In this document: piece after piece, positions 30,311 through 39,999 of the stretch | Position numbering within the stretch: the first letter of the stretch is position 1 | How the letters are laid out: every line of letters starts with the position of its first letter | Assembly: GCA_963727445.1 (NCBI GenBank) | Contig: CAVSGI010000010.1 | Coordinates: forward strand, 352,001-416,000 | DNA from: an uncultured delta proteobacterium | GTDB taxonomy: Bacteria > Myxococcota_A > Polyangia > Polyangiales > B10-G4 | DNA length: 64,000 bases | Reading direction: 5' to 3' | Program-made: the position numbers and the translations under genes | The notes under the pieces: generated by a model | The model's input: the letters and a program-made list of their open reading frames with translations, nothing else | Databases searched by the model: none | What the model was told of the DNA's origin: nothing

Positions 30311-31567
30311 GTGAACGAGCCGCGGAAGAAGAACGAAAAACGAGGAAAAGTCGCGCTCAAGTGGGCCAAGCGTGTGCTGGGCATCCTCTTCGTCCTCGGG
30401 GTGATCGTGACCCTCGTCACCGCTTGGATGCCGAAGCCCGTTCCGGTCGACGGGACCCAGGCCGAGACCGGACGGCTCCTGGTCACCGTGAACGAGTCCG
30501 GGCGGACGCGCGTCAAGGATCGCTACGTGGTGAGCGCGCCCTTGGCGGGCAACGTGGCGCGGATCGGTCTGCATCCCGGTGATCACGTGGAGGAGGGTCA
30601 GGAGCTCGCGCAGATCTACTCTCTCGAGCCACCGCTGATGGACGCGCGCAGCCGCGAGCAGGCGACCGCGCGCGTGTCGGCGGCCCGCGCGGCGGCGCGG
30701 CAGGCGCGCGCGACCCAGGAGCGCATCTCCACCTCCGCGACCTTCGCAGCGCGCGAAGCGGAGCGGCAGCGCGGCCTGGCGGAGCGTGGCTCGGTGGCGC
30801 CGATAGCGGCGGAGCGCGCCGAGCTCGAGAGCAAGACGGCACAGGAGGAGCTGAGCTCGGCGGCCTTCGCCGTTCGGGTCGCGGACTACGAGCTCCGGGT
30901 GGCAGAGGCCGCGCTCAACCGGCAGGGCGGCCCCACCGGAAGGGCACCGGCCGCGACGGAGGAGGGCGACGAGCAGGTGATGGTGCACGCGCCCGTCGCC
31001 GGCAAGGTCCTACGGGTGATCCAGGAGAGCGAGGGTGTGGTGCAGGCCGGCACGCCACTCCTCGAGATCGGAGACGCGTCGGCGCTCGAGATCGTCGTCG
31101 ACGTGCTCACCAGTGATGCGGTTCACATCGAGCCCGGCGCCCGAGTGCTGATCGAGCGCTGGGGCGGACCCGAGACGCTGCACGGACACGTGCGCGTCGT
31201 GGAGCCCTCGGCCTTCACGCGGATGAGCGCGCTGGGCGTCGAGGAGCAGCGCGTGAACGTCATCATCGATCTCGACGAGGACTACGAGATCTGGCAATCG
31301 CTCGGCGACGGCTATCGCGTCGAGGCGCGGATCATCGTCTGGGAGGCGCCCGACGTGCTCCGCGTGCCCGCGAGCGCGGTGTTTCGTCACGGCGAGGGCT
31401 GGGCGCTCTACACGATCGAAGCGGGCGCAGCCAAGCTCACGCCGGTGGAGGTCGGGCACAAGAACGGTCTCGAGACCGAGATCACCTCGGGCATCGAGGC
31501 CGGCACGGAGATCATCCTGCACCCGAGCGATCAGATCACCGACGGGGTCGAGGTCGAGCTCCGCTGA
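30311..31567 (+). CDS. Efflux membrane-fusion protein (HlyD/MacA family)
   Basis: N-terminal TM, VSAPLAG, a coiled coil, APVAGKVL and SALGVEEQRV. Confidence 0.9.
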   Translation: MNEPRKKNEKRGKVALKWAKRVLGILFVLGVIVTLVTAWMPKPVPVDGTQAETGRLLVTVNESGRTRVKDRYVVSAPLAGNVARIGLHPGDHVEEGQELAQIYSLEPPLMDARSREQATARVSAARAAARQARATQERISTSATFAAREAERQRGLAERGSVAPIAAERAELESKTAQEELSSAAFAVRVADYELRVAEAALNRQGGPTGRAPAATEEGDEQVMVHAPVAGKVLRVIQESEGVVQAGTPLLEIGDASALEIVVDVLTSDAVHIEPGARVLIERWGGPETLHGHVRVVEPSAFTRMSALGVEEQRVNVIIDLDEDYEIWQSLGDGYRVEARIIVWEAPDVLRVPASAVFRHGEGWALYTIEAGAAKLTPVEVGHKNGLETEITSGIEAGTEIILHPSDQITDGVEVELR

Positions 31568-31638
31568 AGGTCGGTCGGTTGTCTGGTCGCTGATGAAGAG
31601 TCCCCAGGCCGCGAGGTCCGAAGCGGCGCACATGCGAC

Positions 31639-32001
31639 TCAACCCGGGCAGAGCTCGATGTCGACCGTGATCTCGGTCGTCATGCAGGCGCTGACGTCGG
31701 CCTCGGTGGGGCCGTCGGTGATACAGCCGTCCGGCGTCTGGGCCGACACCTGCCAGGGTGCGTTGGTCTCCACCGGGCTGTCGGCGCATCCGTCGGTGCC
31801 GACGCGGGCCTCGTAGGGGACATCGCCCGGGTTCTGGATCATCGTCACGGTGGCGTCGGTCGCTGGGTTGCCGCTCGTGTCCCGAACGCACACCCGGAGA
31901 GTAGCGCGTCCATCACAAGCGTCCGCGCCGCTCGCGCCGTCGTCACCGCACGCCGCGGCGAAGAGCAGGATCCATCCGATCGGCGACAGGCGCATGGTCA
32001 T
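31639..32001 (-). CDS. Small lipoprotein with a carboxypeptidase-regulatory-like (transthyretin-fold) domain
   Basis: Lipobox FAAAC and VRDTSGNPATDATV. Confidence 0.55.
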   Translation of the reverse strand: MTMRLSPIGWILLFAAACGDDGASGADACDGRATLRVCVRDTSGNPATDATVTMIQNPGDVPYEARVGTDGCADSPVETNAPWQVSAQTPDGCITDGPTEADVSACMTTEITVDIELCPG

Positions 32002-32040
32002 CGCGAGCAAAGACTACCATCGGGTTCGAAGGGAATCAGT

Positions 32041-32856
32041 TCAGGGGCTGCAGGGCGGAAACTGACCGGCGCCCGGGGCGTCGGCGTCGTCCAGAAGCGG
32101 GATCCCCTCGTCCACGAGGGTGTCGCCGTAGACGTCGGTGATGCGGAAGGTGAAGGGACCTTCGCCCATCCCCGAGCTCTCGACGAAGTAGTTGTAGTCC
32201 ACCCGCGCCACTTCCTGGAAAGACCCGTCGGCGGCGAGGTACTCGAAGCGCGCGATCGCGTGGCGATGATTTCGGATCTGCACCGCCGTCCACCACGGAT
32301 TGCTGCCGTCCTTGAAGTGATAGACGACGGGCCCGCTGACGTCGCAGGGGACGTAGTGCCAGGTGATGGGGACGCGCCCCGCCGAGAGATCGGCGATGTG
32401 AGAGAAGGCGTCTGGGCTCAGATCGATGTCGCCCTGCGGGCATTCGGGGCAGCGATCGACGATGCGCACCGTGACCACACCGCTCGGCCCGGTGATCTCT
32501 GCGCAGCTCCCGCACACGGCGGAGCCGGCGTAATCCGTGTCGTTCATCGCCGCGACCATCAGGTCATCGGGCGTCGCCGGGAAGCTACAGTTCCCCGACC
32601 CGTCCGCGAAGTCGTAGAAGGTCCCGTCGCCCGAATGCGTCTCGGGCGCGGCGCATGCGGTCGTCGTCCCACCGTCCGTCGGCAGCACTCCGCCATCGGG
32701 CGCGGCGCCATCGCTCGGCCCACCGTCCGTCGCCGCGCCGTCGCTGCGTCCGATGCCGGTGTCTCCACCACCCACGCCCCCGTCGTCGCCGCAAGCCTGG
32801 AGGCCCACGACCAGGACCGTCGCCAGCATCGCGAGTGTGGCAGGGTGTCGAAGCAC
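32041..32856 (-). CDS. Bacterial expansin (EXLX1-like) lipoprotein
   Basis: GDGTFY, GNCSF, CGSCAEITGP, IVDRCPEC..GDIDLSPDAF, GRVPITW, KDGSNPWWTAVQIRNH and DYNYF motifs, with lipobox LQAC. Confidence 0.9.
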   Translation of the reverse strand: MLRHPATLAMLATVLVVGLQACGDDGGVGGGDTGIGRSDGAATDGGPSDGAAPDGGVLPTDGGTTTACAAPETHSGDGTFYDFADGSGNCSFPATPDDLMVAAMNDTDYAGSAVCGSCAEITGPSGVVTVRIVDRCPECPQGDIDLSPDAFSHIADLSAGRVPITWHYVPCDVSGPVVYHFKDGSNPWWTAVQIRNHRHAIARFEYLAADGSFQEVARVDYNYFVESSGMGEGPFTFRITDVYGDTLVDEGIPLLDDADAPGAGQFPPCSP

Positions 32857-32881
32857 GATGTCTCGATGATAACCGAAGCAA

Positions 32882-34004
32882 TCAGGGCTCGCTCACGCCC
32901 GCGCGCGTCTGCCCGACCCAGCGAAGCCAGTGATCGGCGAGCACCAGCGCCACCATCGCCTCCGCCATCGGGACGAAGCGCGGGAGCAGGCAGGGGTCGT
33001 GTCGGCCTTTGGTGGAGATGGTCGTCTCCTCGCCGCTCTGGTTCACGGTCTTCTGCGGCTTGGGGAGGCTGCTCGTCGGCTTAACCGCCGCGCGCAGCAC
33101 GATGGGCATGCCGCTCGAGATCCCGCCGAGCATGCCGCCGTGCCGGTTCGATTCGGTCACCACCCGGCCATCCTTCATCACGAAGGCGTCGTTGTTCTCG
33201 CTCCCCCGGAGCGTCGCGCAGCCAAAGCCCACGCCGTACTCCACGCCGAGCACGGCGGGCAGGCTGAAGAGCGCCTTGGCGAGGTCCGCCTTGAGCTTGT
33301 CGAAGACCGGCTCGCCGAGACCGGCCGGCACGCCCGACGCGCAGAATCTCCGCTACGCCGCCGATCGAGTCCTGCTCTTTGCGTACCTTCTCGATGAGCG
33401 CGACCATCTCGTCAGCGGCGGCGGGGTCCGGGCAACGCACCACGTTGGGCTCACCGTCCGGGAGCGACTCGACGGCGTCGAGGGTCACGGCGGCCGGCTC
33501 GGGCACCTCGGCGACCACGTCTCCCACCTGCACCACGTAGCCCACCACCCGGCCGCCGAAGGCTTGGGCGATGAGCTTCTTCGCCACCGCGCCCGCGGCC
33601 ACCCGCGCGACGGTCTCACGCGCGCTGGCGCGCCCGCCCCCGCGGTAGTCGCGGAAGCCGTACTTGTCGTCGAAGCTGCGGTCGGCGTGCCCGGGGCGGT
33701 ACTTGTCGGCGATGTCGGAGTAGTCGCGGGAGCGCTGGTCGACGTTGCGCACGAGGATCGCGATGGAGGTGCCCGTGGTGCGCCCTTCGAAGACGCCGCT
33801 CAAGATCTCGGGCGCATCGGGCTCTTTGCGCTGACTCACGATCTTGGACTGCCCTGGCCGTCGCCGCGCCAGATCCCCGGCGAGATCCCCGACGCTCAGG
33901 GGGATGCCTGGGGGGCAGCCATCGATGATGACTACGTTTCCGGGGCCATGAGACTCGCCGGCGGTGGTCACCACGAAGGCCTTCCCGAAGCTGGATCCCG
34001 GCAT
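32882..34004 (-). CDS. aroC: Chorismate synthase (frameshift near 33342)
   Basis: [32 protein letters not shown] and DSIGG in one frame. [23 protein letters not shown] and GRHDPC in the second frame. Confidence 0.92.
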
Positions 34005-34084
34005 CGGGAGCATCCTCGCCCGACAGCCTCGTCTTGCGCAACTCGCCGGGTCCCCTCAGGATCCGTCTCCTTCGGGAGGACTCG

Positions 34085-35270
34085 ATGACTCGCTTCTTCA
34101 CTTTTCTGGGCGCGACCGCGCTCGCGTCCGTCGTTCTCGTCGGGTGCGGCGACGACTCGACGCCCGTCCCCTGCAGCGTTCCCTCGTCCGAGGCCTGCAC
34201 CTGTGACGACGGCGCGACCGGCGTCCGCATGTGCTTGCCGACCATGAGCTGGGGCGCGTGCGACTGCTCAGGCATCCCCGTGGACTCGGCGACGCCCGAC
34301 GCGTCGATGGACGCGGCTCCGGACGCCGTGGCCGACGCGGCGGCCGACTCGATGGTGCGCCTCGATGCAGGCGTGACCTGGCCCGCGACCCCCGACGACT
34401 ACACGCCCGGCGAGGTCTCGCGCATCGACTCCCTGACGATCCCGCCGCAACCGTCGAGCGGCGCGCCGGATTGCTGTCGCGACTTCGGGGCCATCTCCAA
34501 GGACAACGTCACCTCCGGCACCGACGAGATCGACAACGCCTTCTCCGCGCTCGCCGACGCCACCGTCGGCCTGGGTCTGGACCTGCAGGCGCTGCTCGAC
34601 AGCCGGCTCGCGTCCGGAGACCTCAACATCCTGCTCGATCACCAGGGCTTCGACGGCGACCCAGAATCCGGCCTTCATCCTCGCCGCGCTCGATGGCGTC
34701 CCCGACGGCTCCGGCGGCTACCTCATCAATCGGGCGACCTTCGTCCCCAGCACCGGGGAGCCGCGCTCCCTCTTCGAGCCGGCGGCCGTCTCCGGGGGCG
34801 CGCTCACCGCAGGACCCGGCGAGCTCACGCTCCAGCTGCCCTTCGCGGGCGTCAGCCTCGCCTACACCTTCAAGGACGTACGCATCGAGAGCACGGTCAC
34901 CGTCTCCGCCGGCGTGACCTACACCGCGGGCGAGATCAGCGGCTACCTCCCCGTCGACGACTACTTCGGTGGCATCAACGACTTCGTCGCGAGCTCGTGC
35001 AGCTGCCTCGGGCTCAGCGGACCGCTCTACGCCCGCTCGGGAACGATGTGGACCAATCAGTGCCAGGACCAGGCGGTGGTGGACGCCGCCTGTCCCTCCG
35101 ACCCGGCGTGCGCCGAGGTGGGCGCCGGGACCGACTGCACGGCGTCGCCGCTCCTCATCACCTCGCTCGCCGATCTCGACACCGATGCCAGCATGCCCGG
35201 CTACGACTCGCTGTCCCTGGGCCTGCGCTTCACCGCCGCTCCGGTGACGGTCAGCGGCGTCACGCCCTGA
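34085..35270 (+). CDS. Hypothetical Cys-containing lipoprotein (frameshift near 34665)
   Basis: Lipobox LVGC and a 'DEIDNAFSAL' motif. It continues in another frame (NPAFILAALDG...) into the 34914-35270 ORF, ending YDSLSLGLRFTAAPVTVSG. Confidence 0.65.
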
Positions 35271-35271
35271 G

Positions 35272-35967
35272 TCAGAGTCGGCGCGGCTGGAGCTCGATCT
35301 CGGCGCGGAAAGCCGGGACGCCCGGCCCGTCGTCGCTCACCGTCACGCGGAGTCCGCGCCGGTCGAAACGCACCGTGGGATCACCGTCGGTGTGGGTGTA
35401 GCCGTCGTCGATCGCCGCCATCGGCTGTCCGTCCTCCACGTCGCATTCGACGTAGCCAGCGCCCTGGTCCGGGTCGGGATAGAGCACCAGGCCGTCGCAC
35501 ATCACCCGGATCATGCAGCTGAAGCGATAGGCCTGGATGGGGAGCACCCGGATGTCGCAGGTCGTGCCGGGCTCGAGGGCGGCGATCCCCTCCACGTGTG
35601 CGAGCTCGCCGACCTCGTACGTGGGGTTGAAGTGCATGGGGACGCCGCCGTCGCTCGGACCGAGCCAGCGCTCCATCGCCTCGACCTGGGGATCGGGCGC
35701 GTCCGGATCGCGGTAGGCCGCGGAGAGCCCCGGGTCGGTGTTGGGGTCGTAGATCTGGCTCCGCTCGTGGCGCGAGGCCCAGCGGTGGCGGCGGTGGTCG
35801 GTCCAATAGGGATCCTCGTGCGCGGTCGCGACCTCTGGTCGTCCGGCGTCGATGTCGGAGAGATCGATGACGAGGTAGAGCGCGAGCACACATGCACCCA
35901 CGATGAAGCCAACGAAGAGCCACACGGTGGGCCGGATCTGCTCTCGCTCACTCCCGCGGCTCCTCAT
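35272..35967 (-). CDS. Hypothetical single-TM protein
   Basis: ATG at 35967, TM segment VWLFVGFIVGACVLALYLVI, then a globular domain with Cys pairs. Confidence 0.6.
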   Translation of the reverse strand: MRSRGSEREQIRPTVWLFVGFIVGACVLALYLVIDLSDIDAGRPEVATAHEDPYWTDHRRHRWASRHERSQIYDPNTDPGLSAAYRDPDAPDPQVEAMERWLGPSDGGVPMHFNPTYEVGELAHVEGIAALEPGTTCDIRVLPIQAYRFSCMIRVMCDGLVLYPDPDQGAGYVECDVEDGQPMAAIDDGYTHTDGDPTVRFDRRGLRVTVSDDGPGVPAFRAEIELQPRRL

Positions 35968-36068
35968 CGCCCTTCCATCTCCATCGAACGCTCGCGATCC
36001 CCCCGATGTTCCTTCGGCATGGATGTGGGACGCGGGAGAAGGGCAAAAGTTCCCTCTCCAGACGTTCG

Positions 36069-38684
36069 TCAGGCGATGAAAGCGCGCAAGGCCTCGATGG
36101 CGGCGGCGATGTCGACCCCGACGTCGAGGAGCCCGGCCATGGGATCGCCGACCTTCGCCACACGCTCGGGGACGGTGAAGATGTCGAAGGCCCGGGGGTC
36201 GAGGGCGAAGCTCACCTCGTCCCAGCTGAGCGGCGTCGAGACGGTCGCGCCTGGCCGGGCCCGTACGCTGTAGGGCGCCACGATGGTCCGCGACGGACCG
36301 ATCTGACCCACGTCGACGTAGACCTTCCCCGCCCGCGTCTCCTTGTTGCGATTCATGGTCGCGATGTCGCGGTGGCGTGACAGCAGGATGCGGCCCAGCA
36401 CCTCGCCCAGCATCTTGGCGGTGGGCCAGGCCACGCCCTCGCCGACGGGAACGAAGACGTGGAGCCCGCTCTGCCCCGAGGTCTTCGGGAAGCTCGGCAG
36501 CCCGATCTCCTCGAGGATCTCGTGCAGGGTGCGGGCGAGGGTGATGGCGTCGCGGAGCGGCCGTTCCTCGAGATCGAAATCGATGGTGACGAAGTCCGCC
36601 AGATCGAGCCGCCCTTTGCGTCCACCGAGGATGTGCACCGGGATGCAGCCGAGGTTCGCGATGTAGAGGAGGGTGTCGAGGTCGTCCACCAGGAAGCAGG
36701 TGACGTCCTTGTCCTCCTCTTCGCTCTTGATCGGCAGGGAGCGAACCCAGCTCGGCGCGCGCCACGGTACCCGCCACTGATAGAAGTTCTTGCCCCGGAT
36801 CCCGTCGGGGTAGCGCACCAGCATCACGGGCCGATCCGAAAGGTACGGCAGGATCGTCGGAGCCATCGCCTCGTAGTAATCGCAGAGGTCCCCCTTGGTG
36901 TATCCCTCCTCGGGCCAGAAGACCTTGTTCTGGTTCGTCAGCTGAACGCGGTGGCGGCCGGCGAGACGGGTGTCCGGCTTGTCCTGCTTGCGCGGGGTGT
37001 CCTCGATCGCCTCGGCCAGATCATCGGCGAGGCGCGGCGCGGCGGTGCAATCGTCCATCGGCACGTCCTCACGCACGCCGCGAAAGACCGGGAAGCGCAA
37101 CACTCCGTCCTCGCTCCACCCGAGATAGCGGACGTTGACCACGATCTCGGGTTTGACGTGAACGCGGCCCGCCTTCTTCGGCCCGTAGGTGCCCGCCGCC
37201 TGAGGCTTCTTCCGCTTCAGCTTTTCGAGGCGCGGCAGGAGCGTGGCGATGGTGGCCTCATCGAGGCCGCTCCCGGCTTTGCCGCGCACCGTCAGTACTC
37301 CGTGCTCGTCGAAGGTCGCGAGGTCGAGGGCGCCGAGGTCCTTCCGCCCGCCTTCCCCCTTCGTGTAGCCGACCACCACGAAGTCCGCTTCGCGTTCGGT
37401 CTTGATCTTCACCCAATCGGGGTAGCGGGTCGGCCCCTCCATGTACTTGGAGGCGCCGCGCTTGGCGACGACGCCCTCGAGGCCCTGCTCGAGGCAGAAG
37501 TCGTAGAGCGCGCGACCCGAGTCCTCGATGTGGTCGAGGACCCGGACCCATCCGCCGCCGCGCACGATCTCGCCGAGGAGCTCTTTTCGTGCCGTGAGCG
37601 GGAGCCGCGTGAGGTCGTAATCGCCGGCCTGAAGGACGTCGAAGACCAGGTAACGCACCGGGACGGCGTCCACCACGAAGGAGACGTCCCCGCGCCTGCG
37701 GGCGTGGATCCGCTGGCCGAGGCGCTGGAAGTTCGGCTTGCCCTTCTCGTCGAAGGCGACGACCTCGCCGTCGAGGAGCACGCGCTCGATGGGCAGGGCG
37801 CGAATGGCTCTGACGATCTCCGGGTAGCTCGAGGTCGCCGGGCGTCCCGTGCGGTAGCTGAGCCGCACCGAGTCGCCGCGCTTGTCGGCGAGGATCCGAA
37901 CCCCGTCGATCTTGAGCTCGTAGAGCCAGCCCTTCGCGTCGAGGTCCGGCTCTTCGAGACTGCAGAGCATGGGCGAGACGCGGCGGCCTTCCTTGCCCTT
38001 GCTCTTCTTCGCGCCCAGCTCCTCCGCTGCGGCCTCGACGGCCTCGCCCACGTCGAGGCTCTCGGCACGCTCGTCCACAGTCAGGCCCGACAGGACGCTC
38101 CACCGCGCATCGGCGACGACGTCCGAGCCCGGCTTGGAGAAGCCGTCCTCCTTCTTGAGGAGCAACCACTCGAAGGGCTTTCCGTCCTTGCGCGGCGGCT
38201 TGGGACCCTGCCCGCGCGGATTGGTCCGCACGAGCGCGAAGCGGCCACCGAGCTTGAAGCCGTCGAGGATGAAGTCGAGCTTGCCGTTGTCAATCTGCTC
38301 TTCGGCCGCGGCCTCTGGGTAGATGACCCGCCCCTGATCCCACACGATCATCGCACCCGCGCCGTAGTTGCCCTTGGGGATCACGTCCTCGAAGTCGAGG
38401 TAGCCCATCGGGTGGTTCTCGGTCTGAATCGCTAGACGCTTCTGTTTGGGGTCGAGGCTCGGGCCTTTGGGAACGGCGAAGCTGGTGAGCACGCCCCCGA
38501 CTTCGAGGCGCAGGTCGAAGTGGAGGTTCCGCGCGGCGTGGCAATGCACCACGAACGCACCGCGGCGCGTCGCCCCAGTGCTGTGCAAGGGTTCAGCTCC
38601 GAAGGGCTCGTTCGTCGCCCCGGGATCGCGTTTGTCCCGATAGGTATCGAGCGAGCGCTTCGTTTCTCCCCGTCTCTTGGCCAA
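36069..38684 (-). CDS. ligD: DNA ligase D (phosphoesterase-ligase-polymerase)
   Basis: HAARNLHFDLRLE and AVPKGPSLDP (PE domain), ELKIDGVR, EGVVAK and WVKIK (ligase), RYPDG, KTSGQSGLH and VAPYSVRAR (polymerase). Confidence 0.95.
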   Translation of the reverse strand: MAKRRGETKRSLDTYRDKRDPGATNEPFGAEPLHSTGATRRGAFVVHCHAARNLHFDLRLEVGGVLTSFAVPKGPSLDPKQKRLAIQTENHPMGYLDFEDVIPKGNYGAGAMIVWDQGRVIYPEAAAEEQIDNGKLDFILDGFKLGGRFALVRTNPRGQGPKPPRKDGKPFEWLLLKKEDGFSKPGSDVVADARWSVLSGLTVDERAESLDVGEAVEAAAEELGAKKSKGKEGRRVSPMLCSLEEPDLDAKGWLYELKIDGVRILADKRGDSVRLSYRTGRPATSSYPEIVRAIRALPIERVLLDGEVVAFDEKGKPNFQRLGQRIHARRRGDVSFVVDAVPVRYLVFDVLQAGDYDLTRLPLTARKELLGEIVRGGGWVRVLDHIEDSGRALYDFCLEQGLEGVVAKRGASKYMEGPTRYPDWVKIKTEREADFVVVGYTKGEGGRKDLGALDLATFDEHGVLTVRGKAGSGLDEATIATLLPRLEKLKRKKPQAAGTYGPKKAGRVHVKPEIVVNVRYLGWSEDGVLRFPVFRGVREDVPMDDCTAAPRLADDLAEAIEDTPRKQDKPDTRLAGRHRVQLTNQNKVFWPEEGYTKGDLCDYYEAMAPTILPYLSDRPVMLVRYPDGIRGKNFYQWRVPWRAPSWVRSLPIKSEEEDKDVTCFLVDDLDTLLYIANLGCIPVHILGGRKGRLDLADFVTIDFDLEERPLRDAITLARTLHEILEEIGLPSFPKTSGQSGLHVFVPVGEGVAWPTAKMLGEVLGRILLSRHRDIATMNRNKETRAGKVYVDVGQIGPSRTIVAPYSVRARPGATVSTPLSWDEVSFALDPRAFDIFTVPERVAKVGDPMAGLLDVGVDIAAAIEALRAFIA

Positions 38685-38713
38685 CGCGCGCTTCCCTGAT
38701 CTAGAATTTCCCC

Positions 38714-39608
38714 ATGGCCCCTCGCGCGATCTCCTCCGTGACCATCTCCTTCGGCCTCGTTTCGATCCCGGTCAAGGTCTACACCGCGGCATCTTCTCAG
38801 AGCGTCCGCTTCAACATGTTGCACGAAAAGTGCGGGGGGCGGATCAAGCAGCAGCTCTACTGCCCCGTCGACGACGAGGTGATCCAGCGCTCGGACACGG
38901 TGAAGGGCTACGAGTACGCCAAAGGCCAGTACGTCCAGTTCAGCCCGGACGAGCTCAAGACGCTTGAGGCCGAGAAGTCCTCGACCCTCGACATCGTCGA
39001 GTTCGTGCCGGAGGACTCGGTGGACATGGTTCAGGTCGAGAAGAGCTACTACCTCGGCCCGGACAAGGGCGGGCAGAAGGCCTACAAGCTCATCAGCGGC
39101 GCCATGGAGCGCACTGGCAAGCTCGCTGTCGGCCGCTGGATGACGCGGGGCAAGTCCCAGCTCGTGCTGCTCCGGCCCTACAAGGAGGGCCTGCTGCTGC
39201 ATCAGGTCTACTACGCCGACGAGGTCCGGGCCTTCGACGACATCGACGTCGGCGACGAGGTGTCGTTCAAGCCAGGCGAGCCGGAGCTCGCCGATCAGCT
39301 CATCGAGCAGCTCGCCGCCGACACCTTCGAGCCGGAGAAGTACAAGGACGAGTACCGCGAGCGCGTCCTCGCCGCGGTCGAGGCCAAGGTCGCCGGTCAG
39401 GAGATCACCGCTGCGCCCGAGCAGCCGGTCGCGCAGAATCGTCGACCTCTTCGACGCGCTCAAGGCCAGCCTCGGGCCGGCAAAGGCGGGCGCGAAGAAG
39501 GGCACGACGAAGGTCGCCGCCTCGAAAAAGAGCAAGTCGACCAAGAAGGGCCCAAAGAAGGCCACGCCGAAGAAGTCTGCTTCGAAGAAGAAGAAGGCCG
39601 CCGGCTGA
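38714..39608 (+). CDS. ku: Ku protein (NHEJ) with a Lys/Ala-rich tail (frameshift near 39438)
   Basis: ISFGLVSIPVKVY, VKGYEY and YYLGP motifs. After the shift: IVDLFDALKASL plus a basic tail to TGA 39608. Confidence 0.92.
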
Positions 39609-39973
39609 TGCACCTTTCGATTTGTTCGTCCTGCAACCGACACGTCCGAAGCACCGAATCCGATTGCCCGTTCTGTGGCGAAGCGGTCGCCGCGAGCGCT
39701 GCGCCGACGCGGATCCCGCGCCACCTCGGCCGGGCGGCGCGCGTCGCGTGGGCGGCGGCGTTGGTCGGGGTGGGCGCGGCATGTAACGCGAGCGACGAGG
39801 CGCCACCCCCGCCGCCGCCGCCACCCGAGACTCACGAAGCGCCTCCCCCGCCGCCTCCTCCGCCTCCCCCCGACGAGGACCTCATGGTCCCGGCCTACGG
39901 CGGACCGCCCCCGGAGCAGCTCGAGCCACCGCCGCCGCCGCCGCCCTCCGACGAGGCGCCGCCAAGCGAATAG
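39608..39973 (+). CDS. Small Pro-rich lipoprotein-like protein with N-terminal CxxC/CPFC and a PAYG motif
   Basis: ATG overlaps the Ku stop. MHLSICSSCNRH...CPFCG, hydrophobic segment ending GAAC, poly-Pro and MVPAYGGPP. Confidence 0.65.
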   Translation: MHLSICSSCNRHVRSTESDCPFCGEAVAASAAPTRIPRHLGRAARVAWAAALVGVGAACNASDEAPPPPPPPPETHEAPPPPPPPPPPDEDLMVPAYGGPPPEQLEPPPPPPPSDEAPPSE

Positions 39974-39999
39974 GGAGCGGGTAGGGCGCAGAGGGCGCC

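Noticed and set aside
32882..34004. Programmed frameshifting in aroC
   Set aside because: There is no slippery sequence at the break, and several unrelated genes show similar indels.
38714..39973. Apparent 419-aa Ku fusion with a zinc-ribbon/Pro-rich domain
   Set aside because: A frameshift near 39438 hides the normal Ku end (IVDLFDALKASL...). The correct frame stops at 39608, where a separate ORF begins.
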